NCBI GenBank assembly: GCA_011605725.1
Contig: JAAOZP010000011.1
Span: 1-64,000 of the forward strand
Direction: 5' to 3'
DNA length: 64,000 nt
Source: Nitrososphaerota archaeon
Lineage (GTDB): Archaea > Thermoproteota > EX4484-205 > JAAOZP01
Both the position numbers and the translations under genes were made by a program. The number at the start of each line of letters is the position of its first letter. Position 1 is the stretch's first letter. Below are positions 1 through 9,387 of the stretch, one piece after another. The notes under the pieces were generated by a model. It had not been told where the DNA came from. It saw nothing but the letters and a program-made list of their open reading frames with translations, and made no database searches.

Positions 1-2373
1 CGCCAGTAGGACTATTATGATTAAAGCCATGGCGGCAATAATGATTAGCCAGGGAGTTTCCCGGACTGCTTCAACTGTTTCCTCCCTGCTTACCGTAAGG
101 CTGCCTGTTAAACCGTTAACATCTATGCTGCGCGTCCCCTCGCTTGCCGGCGTGTACGTGAAGCTTACCGTGGTAGACTGGCCTGGTCCTAAAGAACCCT
201 TTTTAGTGTCTACAACCTGGTTGTCAACCTTAAGCGTAACCTCGTAGTTGCCAGACTCCCCACCAGTATTCCTGACGGTTACCGAGATGGTTGAAGACTG
301 GCCGACTTTAACAGAACTCGGGCTTATACTTAAGCCACTAACCTCGAAGCTAGCTGGTTGAACAACCGTTAACACAGCGTCGGTGCTTTCCGAAGAGGAA
401 TAGGTTAGGTCCCCGGTGAAGAATGCTTTAAGGCTCCACGTGCCCTCCTTATCTAACCGGAGGCTCGTGCTGAAAGCGCCTTCTGAAGTCGTTAAAACTG
501 TCTTGCTGAGAACAGTGTTATTCGGGCAAGTTATCCTTATCAGGATTTGCCTTCCGCTTAAAGGCGGGTCGATGGATCCGGAGACGGTGGCTTCCCCGTT
601 GACCATGACTGTTTCCGGGTTGACGGATAGTGTAAGCCTAGTCTGGGTTTTTGCTGTTGCAATCAGGCTCTGAACCTCGGAGGCTAAGACGGAGCTGCCT
701 GTTAGCCCGATATGCTTGAAGCGGATGATTCCATCCTGGTCGATGATGAACAGGGTTGGAAGAGTTGAAACACCGTATAGGGTGGTTGACACGTGTTTCG
801 CATCCGTGTCTCTAAGCATGGGCCAGTCTATCCCATAATCGGCTCTAAACTGTTTCAACCTATCTACAGTATCGTAGTTCGGGTCTCCCGTTATCGAGGC
901 GATTATCAGGCTTGTTGGAAACAGCTTTTTAAGCTCTTTAAGATTTGCAACCTCGTTTTTACACGGGCCGCACCATGTTGCAAAGAAGTCTAGGAGCACT
1001 ATTTTCCCCCTGCACGCGGAGAGTGTAAAACTTTTCCCGTCAATATCTGTCAACGTGAAGTCGGGAGCAGATTCTCCTTCAGTCGACTGAGCCTCTATCA
1101 CTACTTCGCCTAGAACATCGTTCTTCCCCGTCACCAGCCTTACGGTTATTCTCTCCCTAAAGCTTCCAGTTTTTGGCGTGGACAAGGTGAAGAGTATTGT
1201 TTGAACATCAGTATTGTTAAACCAGATGGTTCTGCATGAGGATGATGCTTTCCACCCTTGAGACGGTGAAGTCCAGTTTAACAGTAGATATTGGTTTCCA
1301 CCTGATTCCACCACAAGCGGCAGGCATAGGAATTCACTGTTTACTGCTTCAACCCTGACTGATTGAGCTTTCTGAGGGACAGATAGTATGCTCCAAGTAG
1401 CCTCGTGAAGCTCGTGAAAACTGCTTGCACGTGCTACACCGAGCTGCTGCGTGCGCTCTCTCGCTACTGGTCCCAAAATAGTTATGTGCTGAGGCATTAG
1501 AAAAGTCTCTGGCACCAAGTCTCCGGTCGGCATCCAGTATGAGCTCTCATACTCGACCCACTGGTTCTCAGGGTAAAGAACCGCTATCCAAGCGTGGCCT
1601 GCCGCTGACTCAGGCCTGTCGGCGACGAAACCGCTGCATGGGCTCGACGGTATTCCTGCTGCTCTAAGCAGGGCCACAGCCAAGTTGGCAAAGTTTACGC
1701 AGTTACCGACTCTATTCTTGAGAGTGCTCACAGCGTCAGGTCCAAAAGCTCCGCCAGCCGGACAGCCGTAACGTATGTTCATCTGCACCCAGTTTAAGAT
1801 TCTTACGGCAGCATCCATCTCGCACAGTGAGCCTGCTGTTAGTTCTTGCGCTAAGCTTCTGATGGCGGGGTCATCAGCCTGGATTAACGCTTCCGGCTTA
1901 AGAAACGGCAATATGTCTACTGAAAAAAGCATGGGGTTTACTGGAAACGGTGCAGTCGTATGGTAGGGGCCGTATTTAACTCTGTTCGCCACCTGCGCGG
2001 TTCTTCTAGCAACTACTGTGGAGGGTGCGTTAATCCAGGAAAGCTCTACGTAAGAAGAATCCGGCTCCCTATACTGTTTTCTACTGGATTCAGGGTGGCT
2101 AGTGGTTATTTGCTCGGACAGTATTTGCTGGTAATACCCGTACTCGTTTATCTCTGGAAGGTTCCGCATGTATATTGTTACTGTCCCATTGTTTTCTCTG
2201 GTTGCGTTGACAGAATAACTGTATTCAATAATCTGGATAAAATCTCCCTCTAAAAAATATATGGCGGGTTTACTTCCTGGTTCAGCAAGCACGGGCGTGT
2301 TTACAGACAGTAGGTTAATGCAGGTAAGGAGTATTAAGATGATGATCAGAACATGGGCTTTTCGTCTAATCAT
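1..2373 (-). CDS. Membrane-anchored multidomain surface protein: signal peptide, transglutaminase-like domain, TlpA/redoxin (WCGPC) domain, Ig-like/CARDB domains, C-terminal TM; 3' end runs off the window
   Basis: Not in the ORF track (open at the window edge). Manual translation from ATG 2373 gives MIRRKAHVLIIILILL..., GNCVNFANLAVALLRAAGIP...GHAW...WVEYE, LLDFFATWCGPC, VKVGQSSTISVTVRNTGGESG and ETPWLIIIAAMALIIIVLLA. Confidence 0.85.
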   Translation of the reverse strand, partial: MIRRKAHVLIIILILLTCINLLSVNTPVLAEPGSKPAIYFLEGDFIQIIEYSYSVNATRENNGTVTIYMRNLPEINEYGYYQQILSEQITTSHPESSRKQYREPDSSYVELSWINAPSTVVARRTAQVANRVKYGPYHTTAPFPVNPMLFSVDILPFLKPEALIQADDPAIRSLAQELTAGSLCEMDAAVRILNWVQMNIRYGCPAGGAFGPDAVSTLKNRVGNCVNFANLAVALLRAAGIPSSPCSGFVADRPESAAGHAWIAVLYPENQWVEYESSYWMPTGDLVPETFLMPQHITILGPVARERTQQLGVARASSFHELHEATWSILSVPQKAQSVRVEAVNSEFLCLPLVVESGGNQYLLLNWTSPSQGWKASSSCRTIWFNNTDVQTILFTLSTPKTGSFRERITVRLVTGKNDVLGEVVIEAQSTEGESAPDFTLTDIDGKSFTLSACRGKIVLLDFFATWCGPCKNEVANLKELKKLFPTSLIIASITGDPNYDTVDRLKQFRADYGIDWPMLRDTDAKHVSTTLYGVSTLPTLFIIDQDGIIRFKHIGLTGSSVLASEVQSLIATAKTQTRLTLSVNPETVMVNGEATVSGSIDPPLSGRQILIRITCPNNTVLSKTVLTTSEGAFSTSLRLDKEGTWSLKAFFTGDLTYSSSESTDAVLTVVQPASFEVSGLSISPSSVKVGQSSTISVTVRNTGGESGNYEVTLKVDNQVVDTKKGSLGPGQSTTVSFTYTPASEGTRSIDVNGLTGSLTVSREETVEAVRETPWLIIIAAMALIIIVLLA

Positions 2374-2544
2374 CTTTCAATTATTGTCGGATGCGGTATT
2401 TAAGTATTGCTTGTGACTGACTCTTCCTCTAGGCAGCTTTCCCCTAGTCGCGTTTAACACCTTGGGTAAAATAGCATGCTAACTATTCCATTTTTGAATA
2501 TGAAGCTATTTCTTAATTTCCACTCGTTACAGAAGGTGGAAACG

Positions 2545-3879
2545 TTATTTCGCGAATTTTCTTAACGGGTCTGTTTCCACGTACTTTATCAGGATTAGCA
2601 GGCAGGGTATTAACGTTACTGAGGACACGGGGCCCCATAGCAACAGCCCCATGGAGTAAGCCTGTCCAGGGGCTGGCGGCAGGTCTGCAAGAAGGCCGGA
2701 TACGTAGCGTGCTAAGGCTTGCAGTATGTTCAGCGGCACGCTGACTAGGCCGACGTAGCTGCCTGCGCGAGCCTCTCTCTTAGACAACTCGTCTTCCTGC
2801 GCCATGTCTGCTGTAACAGGGTTCGGCAAGAGGTACCAGCCTGAAATCCCTGCTCCGACGAATGTGACGAACAGGACTGCTTGAACCAGCCTGGGAACAG
2901 GGCTTAGAACCGGCTGGCCGAAGACTAGCGTTAAAGGTAGGAAAACAACTAGAATCATGAGGGACGTTACTAGTGGCTTCTTCTTCCCGGTTTTCCTAGC
3001 TATCCTTGCCCAGACGAAGAATAGCACTATGGTTAACAGGAGCATGAGGCCTCCTGCCAACATATACTCGACGTCGCCTAGGCCCAGAACTCTTTGCAAA
3101 TAGCTTATAACTAGGCTTGCGAGAACAGCTGTTGGAATAGACATCGCTCCCTGGAGGGCAAGCCACGCCCGGTAGTTCCTGTTGCTCCAAAGTATGGAGA
3201 GCTCTCTCCGAACACTGGGTTTAGGAATCGGTTTCTCCTCCTCCCTTATCTTTAAGACGGCCGGCATGTACAATACTATTTCAAAGACGGCTAGAGCCAG
3301 CAGTATCCCTAGGAAGGCTGGAGAACCTGTTTTCAGGAGTGTTGGAAGCAGGAAGCCGACGGGTATTCCGACGACTTGCGCCATCATGCTGAAAATGTTC
3401 TGGTATGCTGAGACTGTAACTCGATCCTCGGGGCCGACTATTTCCGCGAGCCACGCCATGTAGGGCGTGCTTAGAAGCCCGTAGCTCATGTTCGCAAGGC
3501 TGATGAAAAAAGTCGCGTACGTGAACAACAGTGTTTCATCCGTAACCGGTATGAAGTAGCTCGGCATGAATATCATGATGGTTGAAAACGCTAGAAGCAG
3601 GCTTCCTGCTAGAACATACTGTCTGCGTCTACCCCATTTTTTTGACACAGTTATGTCGCTCAGGTAGCCGAAGTACCAGCCGAAAAAGGCTATGACGAGT
3701 TTTCCGATGGCGAATGCTACGCCGGTTAGAAAACCACTAAGCTTCAGAAAATCCCAGTAGAACCAGAATGTTGCAAGATCTATAAGGGACAAGAGGGTTG
3801 AGGAGCCGAGTCTCCCCATGGCGTATATTAGCATTCCCCTCCTGGTTAGCAACGATGCTTCACCTGAAATATGCTGCAT
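2545..3879 (-). CDS. MFS transporter, GPH/MelB-like (glycoside:cation symporter) family
   Basis: About 12 TM; GYLSD...WGRRR loop; PYMAWLAEI; GKKKP; DMAQEDE...REARAGSY. Confidence 0.85.
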   Translation of the reverse strand: MQHISGEASLLTRRGMLIYAMGRLGSSTLLSLIDLATFWFYWDFLKLSGFLTGVAFAIGKLVIAFFGWYFGYLSDITVSKKWGRRRQYVLAGSLLLAFSTIMIFMPSYFIPVTDETLLFTYATFFISLANMSYGLLSTPYMAWLAEIVGPEDRVTVSAYQNIFSMMAQVVGIPVGFLLPTLLKTGSPAFLGILLALAVFEIVLYMPAVLKIREEEKPIPKPSVRRELSILWSNRNYRAWLALQGAMSIPTAVLASLVISYLQRVLGLGDVEYMLAGGLMLLLTIVLFFVWARIARKTGKKKPLVTSLMILVVFLPLTLVFGQPVLSPVPRLVQAVLFVTFVGAGISGWYLLPNPVTADMAQEDELSKREARAGSYVGLVSVPLNILQALARYVSGLLADLPPAPGQAYSMGLLLWGPVSSVTLIPCLLILIKYVETDPLRKFAK

Positions 3880-4096
3880 AATAAGTATATAACGTTTTCA
3901 AAAACTGGCTTCTCAAAACCTGTTGCGAGCTGGATGGACATAATTTTTAACCAGCCTCCTCGGCAAGCCTGATTTGGCAATGTCATGATTGTTGAAGGCA
4001 GGGGTAACGTATCCTTTAGAAAGGACTTTTCGAAATCACGTTTTGCGAGCCACTTTTAAATACTGTCGACACTCCTTCAACCCGGTGGGTGGAAAA

Positions 4097-4723
4097 ATGA
4101 GGATTGAGCCGAGGAAAACCGTGGAAATAGATGTTTTAGAGGAAGACCTTTTCGTCGGGGCTTATTCAACCATTAAGGCTAAGACTGGTGAAGCAATCAT
4201 CGTGAAGGGAAACGTGGAGTTTGAAAGGGATTGCAATATTCTTTCCAGCCTACGTGCTTACAGTATTAGCCTTGAAAACGGTGGGAAGATTAATGTTCAG
4301 GGTGATCTTATCGTGGAGAAATCAGTCAGGCTTGAGGATGGTGAGCTGCTGGTGAGTGGAAGGCTTGAAGCCGAAGACGTGGATGTGGGGAAACTGGTTA
4401 AGGCGGGTAATGGTTTGAAATGCAGGAGTATAAGTGTCGGGGGAGGTTTAGAATCAGGGGGCGACGTGGATGCTGAAAACATAAGCGTTGGCGGAACAAT
4501 GTCTGTTCAGGGGAATGTGAAGGGGAGTAGGCTTGGTGTAGGGGGCACGCTGACTGTTAAGGGTTTAACGGAGCTTGAGAAGCTTGACGTTGGAGGCGTA
4601 GCGAGGATCAACGGGGGGATAATAATGGATATAAATGTTGGGGGAGTTTTTGAATCGGCTGGAAAACTGGTTTTCGAGAGGCTGAACGTGGGAGGGGTTG
4701 CGAGGCTGAAGGTGGTGGATTAG
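4097..4723 (+). CDS. Bactofilin-like / polymer-forming cytoskeletal beta-helix repeat protein
   Basis: About 17-aa repeats (xVGGxLxVxGxV); start placed at ATG 4097 after GGTGG. Confidence 0.65.
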   Translation: MRIEPRKTVEIDVLEEDLFVGAYSTIKAKTGEAIIVKGNVEFERDCNILSSLRAYSISLENGGKINVQGDLIVEKSVRLEDGELLVSGRLEAEDVDVGKLVKAGNGLKCRSISVGGGLESGGDVDAENISVGGTMSVQGNVKGSRLGVGGTLTVKGLTELEKLDVGGVARINGGIIMDINVGGVFESAGKLVFERLNVGGVARLKVVD

Positions 4724-4724
4724 G

Positions 4725-5321
4725 ATGGGTATAAAGGGGACGCATGTTTCAGTCGGCGGTGTTCTGAATGTTGACGGAAGCATGGAGGTTGACGAAGTAA
4801 GGGTTGGAGGAACAGTCGAGGTTAAAGGCTTCTTTAAGGCAAAGAAAGTATCGGTTGGCGGAAGGCTGAAAGTGGATGAGAATGCTTCAGTGGAGGACAG
4901 GCTGGAAGTAGGTGGGGTTGTGAAGATAGGTGGAGAGTTGAAAGCCGGCATGGTTGAAGCAGGAGGAGCTTTAGAGGCTGATGCCTGTTTCGCCGACGGC
5001 GTTAAGGTTGGTGGAAAAGTGGAGACTAGGAGGGGTTGCAGGTCTAAAACTTTTGAAATAGGGAGGAAGGGCAGAGTCATAGGCCCTGTTGTCGCCGAGT
5101 ACGTGAAAATAGGTCGTGACGCTAGTGTTGAGGATGTTTACGCCGGTCGGCTCGAGCTCTTGGAAAACTCTTCAGCCCGCAACGTTTACGCTAGGGAAGC
5201 TTATTTGAAACATGGTTGCAGGGTTTCCGGTGAACTCCTGTATGTTGAGAAGCTGGAGCTTGAACGCTTGACGCAGATTAACTCTAGGAAAGTGGAGAAG
5301 CTTCCTGAGCCTCCCGTCTAA
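4725..5321 (+). CDS. Second bactofilin-like beta-helix repeat protein (tandem paralog)
   Basis: Same VGG repeats; starts 1 nt after the previous stop. Confidence 0.65.
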   Translation: MGIKGTHVSVGGVLNVDGSMEVDEVRVGGTVEVKGFFKAKKVSVGGRLKVDENASVEDRLEVGGVVKIGGELKAGMVEAGGALEADACFADGVKVGGKVETRRGCRSKTFEIGRKGRVIGPVVAEYVKIGRDASVEDVYAGRLELLENSSARNVYAREAYLKHGCRVSGELLYVEKLELERLTQINSRKVEKLPEPPV

Positions 5322-5370
5322 GGGTCTACTCTAAATCTTTATAGTTGAGCCTAGAGGTAGGGAGAGACAC

Positions 5371-5652
5371 ATGGGTAAGGCGAAGAGGCATAGGCTTCAG
5401 CTGTACGCGGATATTCTCAGGACGTTGAAGGTTCATGGGGAAGGGTGTGGAATAACAAGGTTATCATACGGGGCCAACATGCCTCTCGACAGGGTTAAGA
5501 AACTTGTTGGAGAACTGGCTTCACACGGGTTGATAGCTAAAAGCACTGATGACCCGAGAATATTCGTCTTAACAGCAAGGGGAATGGAGTTTCTAGATGC
5601 TTTCGACAAGCTTGCAATCTTTCTTGAAGAGTCTTCACAGTCTTCTTTTTAA
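5371..5652 (+). CDS. Winged-helix transcriptional regulator (archaeal HTH_45-like)
   Basis: KRHRLQLYADIL...ITRLSYGANM...LTARGMEFL pattern. Confidence 0.8.
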   Translation: MGKAKRHRLQLYADILRTLKVHGEGCGITRLSYGANMPLDRVKKLVGELASHGLIAKSTDDPRIFVLTARGMEFLDAFDKLAIFLEESSQSSF

Positions 5653-5740
5653 ACATGGTGTCGACTCCGTTTTTTGATTACGCTCCTCCAGCAAAACGTA
5701 TTTAAGCATCATTATTAGTCAATTCAAGGAGCAGGGTGGA

Positions 5741-7075
5741 ATGGTCGCGTTTACAGACGAGATGAGGACTGCAGAGAAGCTTATACGCGAATGGAAGGGG
5801 AAGCAATACTTCTTCGGAGAAAACGTGCTGGATAAAGTTGGAAGCCTTGCAGAGGAATATGGTGATAATGCTCTAATAGTGGCTTCAAGCTCTAATCTTT
5901 GGATCCGAAAACCGCTGGCAAGGGTTTCCGATTCCCTTGGTCAACACGGGGTTAAGCATGACGTGGTCCTGGGTTCCAGGCCTAACTCCCCCCTAGCAGA
6001 CCTTTACAGGATTGCCTACCATGCTGCACTATACAGGCCTAAGAGCATTATTGCGCTGGGAGGAGGCAGCACCATAGACGCTGTTAAGGCTGCAAGCATC
6101 TTAGCCTCCTACTCTCCTTCTGAAGTGAGCCGCATACTGGGCGTCAGCTGGGATAAGGCTTGCACGATAGAGCCCTATTTCGGCACAGGCGTTGTCACCC
6201 GGATGATGAGGGCAACAGGCAGGGATATCATACCGATTATTGCAGTGCAAACCGCTTCAGGCTCCGCTTCACACTTAACCAAGTACTCGAACATAACTGA
6301 TCCTGCAGCCGGGCAGAAGAAGCTGATCGTCGACGATGCTATAGTTCCGAAAAAAGCTGTTTTCGACTATCTTCTGACACTCGGTGCGCCAAGAGATCTC
6401 ACTGTTGACGGTGCTCTCGACGGCATTTCCCACATCTGGGAAGTATTCATGGGGGCAACCGGTAAAGAATACTACAGCAGGGTGAAAGAGATCGCTCAGG
6501 TTGGGATAAGGCTCATAGTTAACAGCCTTAGGCCAGCAGTAGAGAGTAACGATTTGAAGGCTAGAATTGCGCTCGGGCTTGGGACTGACCTCGGAGGATA
6601 CGCTATAATGATAGGTGGAACCAGCGGTCCTCATCTCGGCAGTTTCTCGCTGGTCGACATCCTGACGCACGGCAGGGCCTGTGCAATTCTCAATCCTTAT
6701 TACACGGTGTTCTTTGCCGACCAGATACAGGATCAACTTGCAACCATTGCTCCAATACTTAGGGATGCAGGCCTCATAACTGAGGATCCGAGTGTTCTCA
6801 GCGGCAGGAAGCTGGCTGAAACTGTGGCTAAGGGTTTCCTTTTTCTCTACAGGTCCCTTGGGGTTCCGGCAACGCTGGAGGAGGCGGGTGCTTCAAGGCT
6901 TCATTTGGAACGGATGATGCTTGCAGCAAAAGACCCGCAGCTGAGGATGAAGCTTCTTAACATGCCGGTGCCGTTAGACCCTGAAAAAGGAGACATAGAG
7001 AGATATATGAAGGGAATACTGGAGGCAGCTTTTACTGGAGACCTCAGCCTAATCAACAGCATGAGGTCCCACTAG
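5741..7075 (+). CDS. Iron-containing alcohol dehydrogenase family protein
   Basis: GGGSTIDAVK, TASGSAS, DGISH, H..G and HG metal ligands. Confidence 0.85.
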   Translation: MVAFTDEMRTAEKLIREWKGKQYFFGENVLDKVGSLAEEYGDNALIVASSSNLWIRKPLARVSDSLGQHGVKHDVVLGSRPNSPLADLYRIAYHAALYRPKSIIALGGGSTIDAVKAASILASYSPSEVSRILGVSWDKACTIEPYFGTGVVTRMMRATGRDIIPIIAVQTASGSASHLTKYSNITDPAAGQKKLIVDDAIVPKKAVFDYLLTLGAPRDLTVDGALDGISHIWEVFMGATGKEYYSRVKEIAQVGIRLIVNSLRPAVESNDLKARIALGLGTDLGGYAIMIGGTSGPHLGSFSLVDILTHGRACAILNPYYTVFFADQIQDQLATIAPILRDAGLITEDPSVLSGRKLAETVAKGFLFLYRSLGVPATLEEAGASRLHLERMMLAAKDPQLRMKLLNMPVPLDPEKGDIERYMKGILEAAFTGDLSLINSMRSH

Positions 7076-7123
7076 TGTTAAGCAGATAAACCGTCGGGTA
7101 CTGACTTTTCCACGGGGTGAAAC

Positions 7124-8206
7124 ATGCGTACAGTAACGCTTAATAATGTTTCAAACATGCTTTTCACTGTGGAGACAGAGTTTGCAAAAATACCGGTGAT
7201 CGACTGTCACATGCATGTAACGAGCATCCGGGACGTCGACAACGTTCTTGAAATAGTTTCTGAAGCGGGTTTCCACAGAGCATCCCTCTTAAGCATCATA
7301 GATGATAAGAGGGTTAATTTTAATCCTGAAGTTTTGCTTCTAAAGGCTTTGCACTCAGAAATGTTCTACGCTTTCGGAAGCCTTGACTACTCTTTTATTT
7401 TCACAGGAAGCCAGCTTCAACAGCTTCGCGAACAGGTGGACAGGCTTCTAAGCATCGGGTTTGACGGGGTTAAGATGGTTGAGGGGAAACCTGTTTACAG
7501 GAAACTGTTGAAAATCAGGTTTGACGATCCTTTCTACGAGGATTATTTTGCACGCCTCGAGGAGACCGGGTTTCCATTGCTTTTTCACGTCGCCGACCCT
7601 GAGGAATTCTGGGATCCGGAGAAAGTCCCTGTTTGGGCTAAGGCTCAAGGCTGGTTTTACGATCAGACTTATCCTTCGAAAGAACAGTTCTACAAGGAGG
7701 TTGAAACCGTCTTGGATAAGCATCCCCGTTTAAAAGTGGTATTCGCGCATTTTTATTTCCTCTCCGCAAACATGGAGGCGGCTTCAAGCTTCCTGGAGAA
7801 ACATAGGAATGCGCATCTCGACCTAACTCCAGGAATAGAGATGTATCGTAATTTCTCGATGGAGAAAGAGGCTTGGCGAGAATTTTTCGTAAAATACGGG
7901 GATAGGATTCTTTTCGGCACCGATATTTTCGGCGGCGAGAGGATTGAAAGTGCTTTAGCCAAGGTTCAGCTAGTCAGGGGTTTTCTGGAAACAGATGAAG
8001 GGTTAAATCTGCCGAGACACACGTTGGAGAAAATATATTGTTCGAATTTCCAGAGAATCGTGGGCCCTAAGCCGAGAAGACTCAGTTTCAACCTTGTTGT
8101 AGAAGAGTGTGAAAGACTAGCTTTGGAGGAGGCGCGTCTAAGCTCGCAGCCTTTGGAAGAAACAGTTGCCAGGCTTGTTGCTGGAAAAATAAGGAGCCTA
8201 AGCTAA
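7124..8206 (+). CDS. Amidohydrolase family 2 protein (true start may be 7157 or 7169)
   Basis: IDCHMH, FHVADP, VFAHF, ILFGTD. Confidence 0.85.
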   Translation: MRTVTLNNVSNMLFTVETEFAKIPVIDCHMHVTSIRDVDNVLEIVSEAGFHRASLLSIIDDKRVNFNPEVLLLKALHSEMFYAFGSLDYSFIFTGSQLQQLREQVDRLLSIGFDGVKMVEGKPVYRKLLKIRFDDPFYEDYFARLEETGFPLLFHVADPEEFWDPEKVPVWAKAQGWFYDQTYPSKEQFYKEVETVLDKHPRLKVVFAHFYFLSANMEAASSFLEKHRNAHLDLTPGIEMYRNFSMEKEAWREFFVKYGDRILFGTDIFGGERIESALAKVQLVRGFLETDEGLNLPRHTLEKIYCSNFQRIVGPKPRRLSFNLVVEECERLALEEARLSSQPLEETVARLVAGKIRSLS

Positions 8207-8355
8207 CCCTGTGTTTCTTTCAGAAGGTTCAACTGGGAAGCATTATCCGTCTTCAAACTGTTACGTCGACAGGGCGGTAGAGTAGTGTGCACTAAGCTTG
8301 CACAGTGCTTTCTAAAGCCAAGGTTAATATTTCGGCGTAACGTCTACTTCAAGAG

Positions 8356-9243
8356 TTGGAGAAGCCTCGCGTAAGGCAGGTTTCGGCGTTCGTCCCGAGT
8401 TTCCTAGTGTGCAAAATCGCAGAGTCCCTAAGCGTTACACCTGGTTTCGAGCAGACCAAGGTAACCAGCAGGCATGAGGCGGTAAGAGGAAGATTAAGGG
8501 GTAAGACGGTCATAATATACCGTTCCGGCAGTGTTGTCTACGATGAGACTCTTAAAGAGGTCAAGAGTATTCTGGAGGAGATTCTGTATGAGCATTACAA
8601 GAGGGAAGGCACGGTTGTTGGATCCGACGAGGCGGGGAAGGGCGAGGCCCTCGGCCCTCTTGTCGTAGCTGCTACCGCCTTGACTCCTAGGCAGGCTGCA
8701 CATCTTAAGTCGATAGGCATCGCGGACAGTAAGCTTATTCCGGAGACTAGGATCCGTATACTCGCCAGGGAGATTAAACGGGCTTCACTCGGATACAGCG
8801 TCTTAATAATTGCTCCTTTCAGGCTTAACCAGATGTTTATGAGGAAACGGGAATATGGAAACCTGAACGACATACTGGCAAGGGCTCATCGTCAAGTTTT
8901 AGAAAGGGTTGTTTCGAAGATTGCTGAGAAACCCTCGCAAATAGTTGTCGACAAGTTTGACTCAAGCAGAAGTGGGGAGAGAATAAGGCTTATCCAAGAC
9001 GCTTTTCCCGGCTTGAAAGTTCAAGCTGTTGAAAAAGGAGAGGTTTTCCCAGCGGTAGCGGCAGCCAGCATACTGGCTAGGAACAGCTATTTAAAATGGA
9101 TACGTAAAAACGTCGATAAGGAAATACTTAGAAGGGTTAGGAACGGTGATTTCAGCTTTTTGAATGAAAAAAATGCGAAGCCTTTCTACTATTTTAAGAC
9201 ATGCTACCTTACCAGGTTTCTGAATCCGCGTGGAGGAAAGTAA
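8356..9243 (+). CDS. rnhC: Type 2 ribonuclease H with an N-terminal extension, RNase HIII-like
   Basis: GSDEAGKGEALGPLVVA, DSK, VVDKF, AVAAASILAR. The N-terminal ~80 aa with IIYRSGSVVY resembles the TBP-like domain of HIII. Confidence 0.7.
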   Translation: MEKPRVRQVSAFVPSFLVCKIAESLSVTPGFEQTKVTSRHEAVRGRLRGKTVIIYRSGSVVYDETLKEVKSILEEILYEHYKREGTVVGSDEAGKGEALGPLVVAATALTPRQAAHLKSIGIADSKLIPETRIRILAREIKRASLGYSVLIIAPFRLNQMFMRKREYGNLNDILARAHRQVLERVVSKIAEKPSQIVVDKFDSSRSGERIRLIQDAFPGLKVQAVEKGEVFPAVAAASILARNSYLKWIRKNVDKEILRRVRNGDFSFLNEKNAKPFYYFKTCYLTRFLNPRGGK

Positions 9244-9284
9244 CATCCGTGGATATAAGCGTTAAAGCATATATTACTTTTGTT

Positions 9285-9299
9285 TAAACCATGGGTTTA
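9285..9299. promoter_or_regulatory. Inverted repeat TAAACC-ATG-GGTTTA, candidate operator upstream of the transporter operon
   Basis: Perfect 6-3-6 inverted repeat in an AT-rich intergenic region, upstream of TATA-like TTTAAATA (~9349). Confidence 0.35.
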
Positions 9300-9387
9300 T
9301 ATGCCAAATTTAAGCATACTATATCAACATAGTTTATGTGTTAAAAACTTTAAATACTGCTGTAACAACTTACTAAACGGTGAGAAA

